Source: Podarcis pityusensis
Lineage: Eukaryota
NCBI GenBank assembly: GCA_964106645.2
Contig: OZ067052.1
Reading direction: 5' to 3' (one strand)
Length of the DNA: 64,000 bases
Positions 60,348 through 64,000 of the stretch are shown piece by piece. Positions within the stretch are counted from its first letter, which is position 1, and each line of letters starts with the position of its first letter. A model generated the notes under the pieces. That model did no database searches and was not told where the DNA came from. It saw only the letters and a list, made by a program, of their open reading frames with translations. The translations under genes and the position numbers were made by a program.

Positions 60348-63300
60348 GGGCAGCTGCATGGTCAGGGGAGCAAAGAGACGGGGCTGCCTCCGGTTTCCCC
60401 TGGTGTGCAAATGTGGCCAAGTGGAGCGCTTGGCTCAGGGTCTCTCCTGTCCTGATGTTTTAATCACCTGTTAAGTGCTCAGAGGAGCCTCTGCCAGCAA
60501 AGGAGGAAGGGAGGCTCTGGCAGCCACTTTCACCAGCTCCTTGCCAGGAGAGCTTTTGGGCCTTCTCCTGAGTCCCACCTCATCTCCTGCCCCCACCGGG
60601 TCCTGGGCTGCAGCTGCCAAGCTTTGCTGCCAAGGGGCTGGCAAGGTTGACCTTTCCCAGTCAAGGCTGGTGTCAACCCTGTGCTGGCTCTCTCGCTCCC
60701 AAGCGCTTCAGACAAACTGTGAAAGCCAGCCAAAAGGTGTCAGGAATTAACAGAGGGGAGGCGATCAGTAAATCAAGCCTCCTTTGAGGTGGTCCAGGGA
60801 ACGTGAGCTGCAGGGGAAGTTTGTGCCTCTGGGGTTGTGGCACAGAGCCCCAAGTCTTGGCCGGATCCTGCCACCTCTTTCCCCCCCATGCACAGATTCT
60901 CCCAGCACCGCCTTCTCTCTGCAGTAACACCCCAACGCTTCCCTGGACCCAGAGAAACCCCTTGAACGGAGGTTATTCCCACAAGAGGCACCTGGGCAGT
61001 CACTCTGGGAAGGGGGCCCCCACTGGCCTGATCCAGCAGCCTCTTCTCATGTTCTTACGTCCCACAAACCCAGTCACGGGATTTATGACGCACCTGGTGC
61101 CAAAGAGTGCATTATCGTCCTTCGCACCCTCACGGCCGCGCCACAAGGTAGGCCAGGGCGAGCCACGCTGTCTTGCCAGGGGCTCAGACCTGCCAGCATC
61201 CAGTCAGCACTCTGTCCCCCATCCAGACCCGTCTCCTGTCAGGTCCACTGGGTGGGGCAGGGGAAACATTTCCAGTCGCAGGATCGAAACTTTAGGAGCT
61301 GGGCTTCGGCTCGCAAGGGCGGAGGGGGAGAAGCCAGGAGCCACAAAGGGCCAGCACCAGAATTGGCGGGCCGCGGTCCCTGCCCAAAACCCAGAGTGAT
61401 CCAGAAGGGGAGTGAACTCTCAGGGGACCTTGGCAGCACCAGTTTCATCCTGAGCACCCCACATGGTTCCCTCTGAGTTCTGTTTCTAGGCTCCCTTTCA
61501 CAGGACGGCTTTTCAGACAGGAGTGGTTTTTTCCCCTGCCGACAGATGCCGTTGGGGATTGAACCTGGCATCTCCTTCATGCAAGGCCTGTGCCCAGACT
61601 TGGATACTCAGAGGGTGCTCCCATACCCCAACCCTTTAAGGCGGGCCAGGTGGGGTGCTGGCCAGTTGTGGCACGTCCGAGGCCTCCCCGCCTCAGCTGC
61701 ATCCCACGGACACCCCCTCTTGCTCGCTCTCTGCCCACACCGGCAGACCCACGCTTGTTGGGGAGGGGGAGCAGCTCCTCCCCCCCCATTGCAGCCTGTT
61801 CCCTGCTTCCTGCCGGGTGGGGGGCAATGTCAGGCCAGGGAGGTCACGGCGGGGTGAGGCAGCTGATGGCCCATGCGCCAGGGGACTCCGATTACCCTGC
61901 GGCAGAGAGGAAGCTGGCAGCTTGAGGGGGCAGGGGAAGTGCAAGCACTTCCTCTCTCCCGGGCAGAGCAGAGCTGCCTTTCCCCACCAGCCCAGGCAGC
62001 TCTGAGTCAGCCTCCACAGGGAGCCACCTGGGCTAGGCCAGCGCCCCTCACCCCCTCCCTCTTGGCCCAGAGAGTGCTGGGGGCCTCCCTGCTGGTGCTG
62101 CTTGTGGGGCACGATCCTTCTCCTGGCCAGCAGGCATCCCCTCTCGCAGGCCAGGCCTCCAGTGCTCACGGTCAAGGGCATCAAAGGGCTCCCCGTCTTC
62201 TCTGCAGGCAGGGGAGGGCCGTACAGCGTCTGTCTTGCAGGCAGCAGGTTCCTGGTTCAACCCCCAAAGGCATCTCCAGGTCATAATAATAATAGCTTTA
62301 TTGTTTATATGCCACCCATCTGACTAGGTTGTCCCAGCCACTCTGGGCAGCTCCCAACAAAATATTAAAAACACAATAAAACATCAAACATTTAAAACCT
62401 CCCTGTACAGGACTGCCTTCACGCGTCTTCTAAAAGTCAAATAGTTGTTTTATTTCCTAGACTGGGAGAGACTCCTGCCTGAAACCCTGGAGAGCTGCTG
62501 CCAGTCAGTGTAGACACTATTGTGTTAAATGAACCATTGGTTTGACTGGGTATAAGGCCACTTCCTAGGTTCCTGTTTCAGCCTTTTATTGAGAGCCATG
62601 AGGACTAGAATCTTCCTTTAGTTTCACGGAAAGGTCTGTAGCTCAGTGAAGGATGCAGCGCAGAATGGGACAAGACGGGAGGAGCTGAGGCCACAGAGGG
62701 AACAGCTGTCCGGCAGCCGTCTTCCATCCTGCGGCTTCCCATCTCGTTTTTTTCTCAGACTCTTGGGGCTTCTGTGATTCCTACATGGCAGGGGGTTGGA
62801 CTGGATGACCTTTGGGGGTACTTTCCAGTTTTACAGTTCTGTGACTCCTTTGTCTGGCTGGCATTGCAGTCAGCCAGTATGGGCACTTGCCATGTGGGGT
62901 GGATGGGTCTACATTTTCACCTTGAAATCCCTTCTGGGGGGACCTGGCTACAGCAGAAGCACCAATTCCCTGAAGTGAAGGAGGGCAGCTTTTTTGTGCC
63001 TTTGAAATGGGCATGGAGGAGCAGGAGTCTGCACCAGCAATGCTGGGATGCCTGCCCTCCCTTCTCTCCCTCCCCAGCCCAGGTTCCCTCCTCACACTTC
63101 CCTCAGCAATGAGGGAAATTGGCTCGACCACCCTACAGGCTCTCTCTCGGAAGCTTGCCGGCAGCCCTGTCCATCAGAGCCGAGCCTGTCAAGGATCGCA
63201 GCCCTCCCAGGCTGGCGAGAGAAGGAAGGATTTCTTCACCCGGGTGCGTCACTGACTTGGAACATGGGGCAGTGATGGCTGCTGGCGTAAGAGGCTTTGG

Positions 63301-63399
63301 AGAGGATTGGACATATCCAAGGAGGAGGAGGAGAGGGCTGGTAGGGGCTGCTGATCTTGATGGGCACATGGAGCTTCCACATCCAGGCACAGTCTACCC

Positions 63400-63780
63400 C
63401 AGGGGTAGGCAGCCTAAGGCCCATGGGCCGGATGTGGCCCAATCGCCTTCTCAATCCAGCCTGCGGACAGTCCTGGAATCAGCGTGTTTTTACATGAGTA
63501 GAATGTGTCCTTTTATTTCNNNNNNNNNNNNNNNNNNNNNNNNNNNNNNNNNNNNNNNNNNNNNNNNNNNNNNNNNNNNNNNNNNNNNNNNNNNNNNNNN
63601 NNNNNNNNNNNNNNNNNNNNNNNNNNNNNNNNNNNNNNNNNNNNNNNNNNNNNNNNNNNNNNNNNNNNNNNNNNNNNNNNNNNNNNNNNNCCTCCAAAAA
63701 AAATTAATAATAATCTGGCCCTCCACATGGTCTGAGGGACAGTGGAGCGGCCCACAGCTGAAAAAGGTTGCTGGCACCCG
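63400..63780. mobile_element. hAT-Charlie MITE spanning a 171-N gap (63520-63690)
   Basis: Starts CAGGGGTAGGC and has a perfect 8-bp TSD gtctaccc (63392-63399 / 63781-63788). Confidence 0.85.
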
Positions 63781-64000
63781 GTCTACCCTCCTGAGCACCG
63801 TTCACTGGGCAGCTGCAGCAGGAAAGGGGCATCCCTTTCAAACCCTGCTTTGGGTGTCTTCTTGGCCGCTATGGAAAGCAGGGTGCTGGTCTGGTCCAAG
63901 AGCCTGCTGGATCAGGCCAGTGGCCCATCTGGCCCCTCATCCTTTCCTCACAGTGGCCACCTAGATGCCCAAAGGGAAACCCGCAAGGAGGAAAAGGGTG

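Noticed and set aside
47014-64000. Further SMG6 exons, including the PIN domain
   Set aside because: I found no frame resembling the expected next exon (VIAADCKRVTVLKYFLEALCG... as recalled from human), so it probably lies beyond the window.
1-64000. CRISPR array, operon or intact autonomous transposon
   Set aside because: This is vertebrate intronic DNA. The repeats are dispersed, truncated retroposons and MITEs, with no regularly spaced repeats and no full RT or transposase ORF.

Overview
Eukaryotic, GC-rich genomic DNA from a squamate reptile, most likely a lacertid lizard. The SINE/LINE/MITE repertoire supports this: Sauria/Squam SINEs, BovB, CR1, L2, L1, Rex1, hAT and Tc1/mariner MITEs. 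The window lies entirely inside one + strand gene, SMG6 (EST1A), the PIN-domain endonuclease of nonsense-mediated decay (NMD). Seven coding exons (1717-1827, 1931-2125, 10408-10469, 13168-13313, 35776-35892, 37815-37980, 46812-47013) splice in frame through GT-AG introns and encode part of the 14-3-3-like/helical region. The N-terminus and the PIN domain lie outside the window. The rest is intron: transposon debris, microsatellites, two assembly gaps and several repeat-free, motif-dense blocks. The leads that most deserve follow-up are all inferred from sequence alone. (1) A candidate terminal/poison exon at 20412 has a good acceptor, an in-frame stop after 7 codons, twin AATAAA and a GU-rich tract; it would give a PIN-less SMG6 or an NMD-feedback transcript. 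(2) A perfect 45-nt inverted repeat between two old CR1 copies brackets that exon. (3) A second haplotype, assembled after the 200-N gap, lacks 2.7 kb including one arm of that repeat and a STAT/MEF2 motif cluster. (4) There are candidate intronic promoters or first exons. No prokaryote-type system (CRISPR, operon) is present, and most listed ORFs are GC-rich noise.
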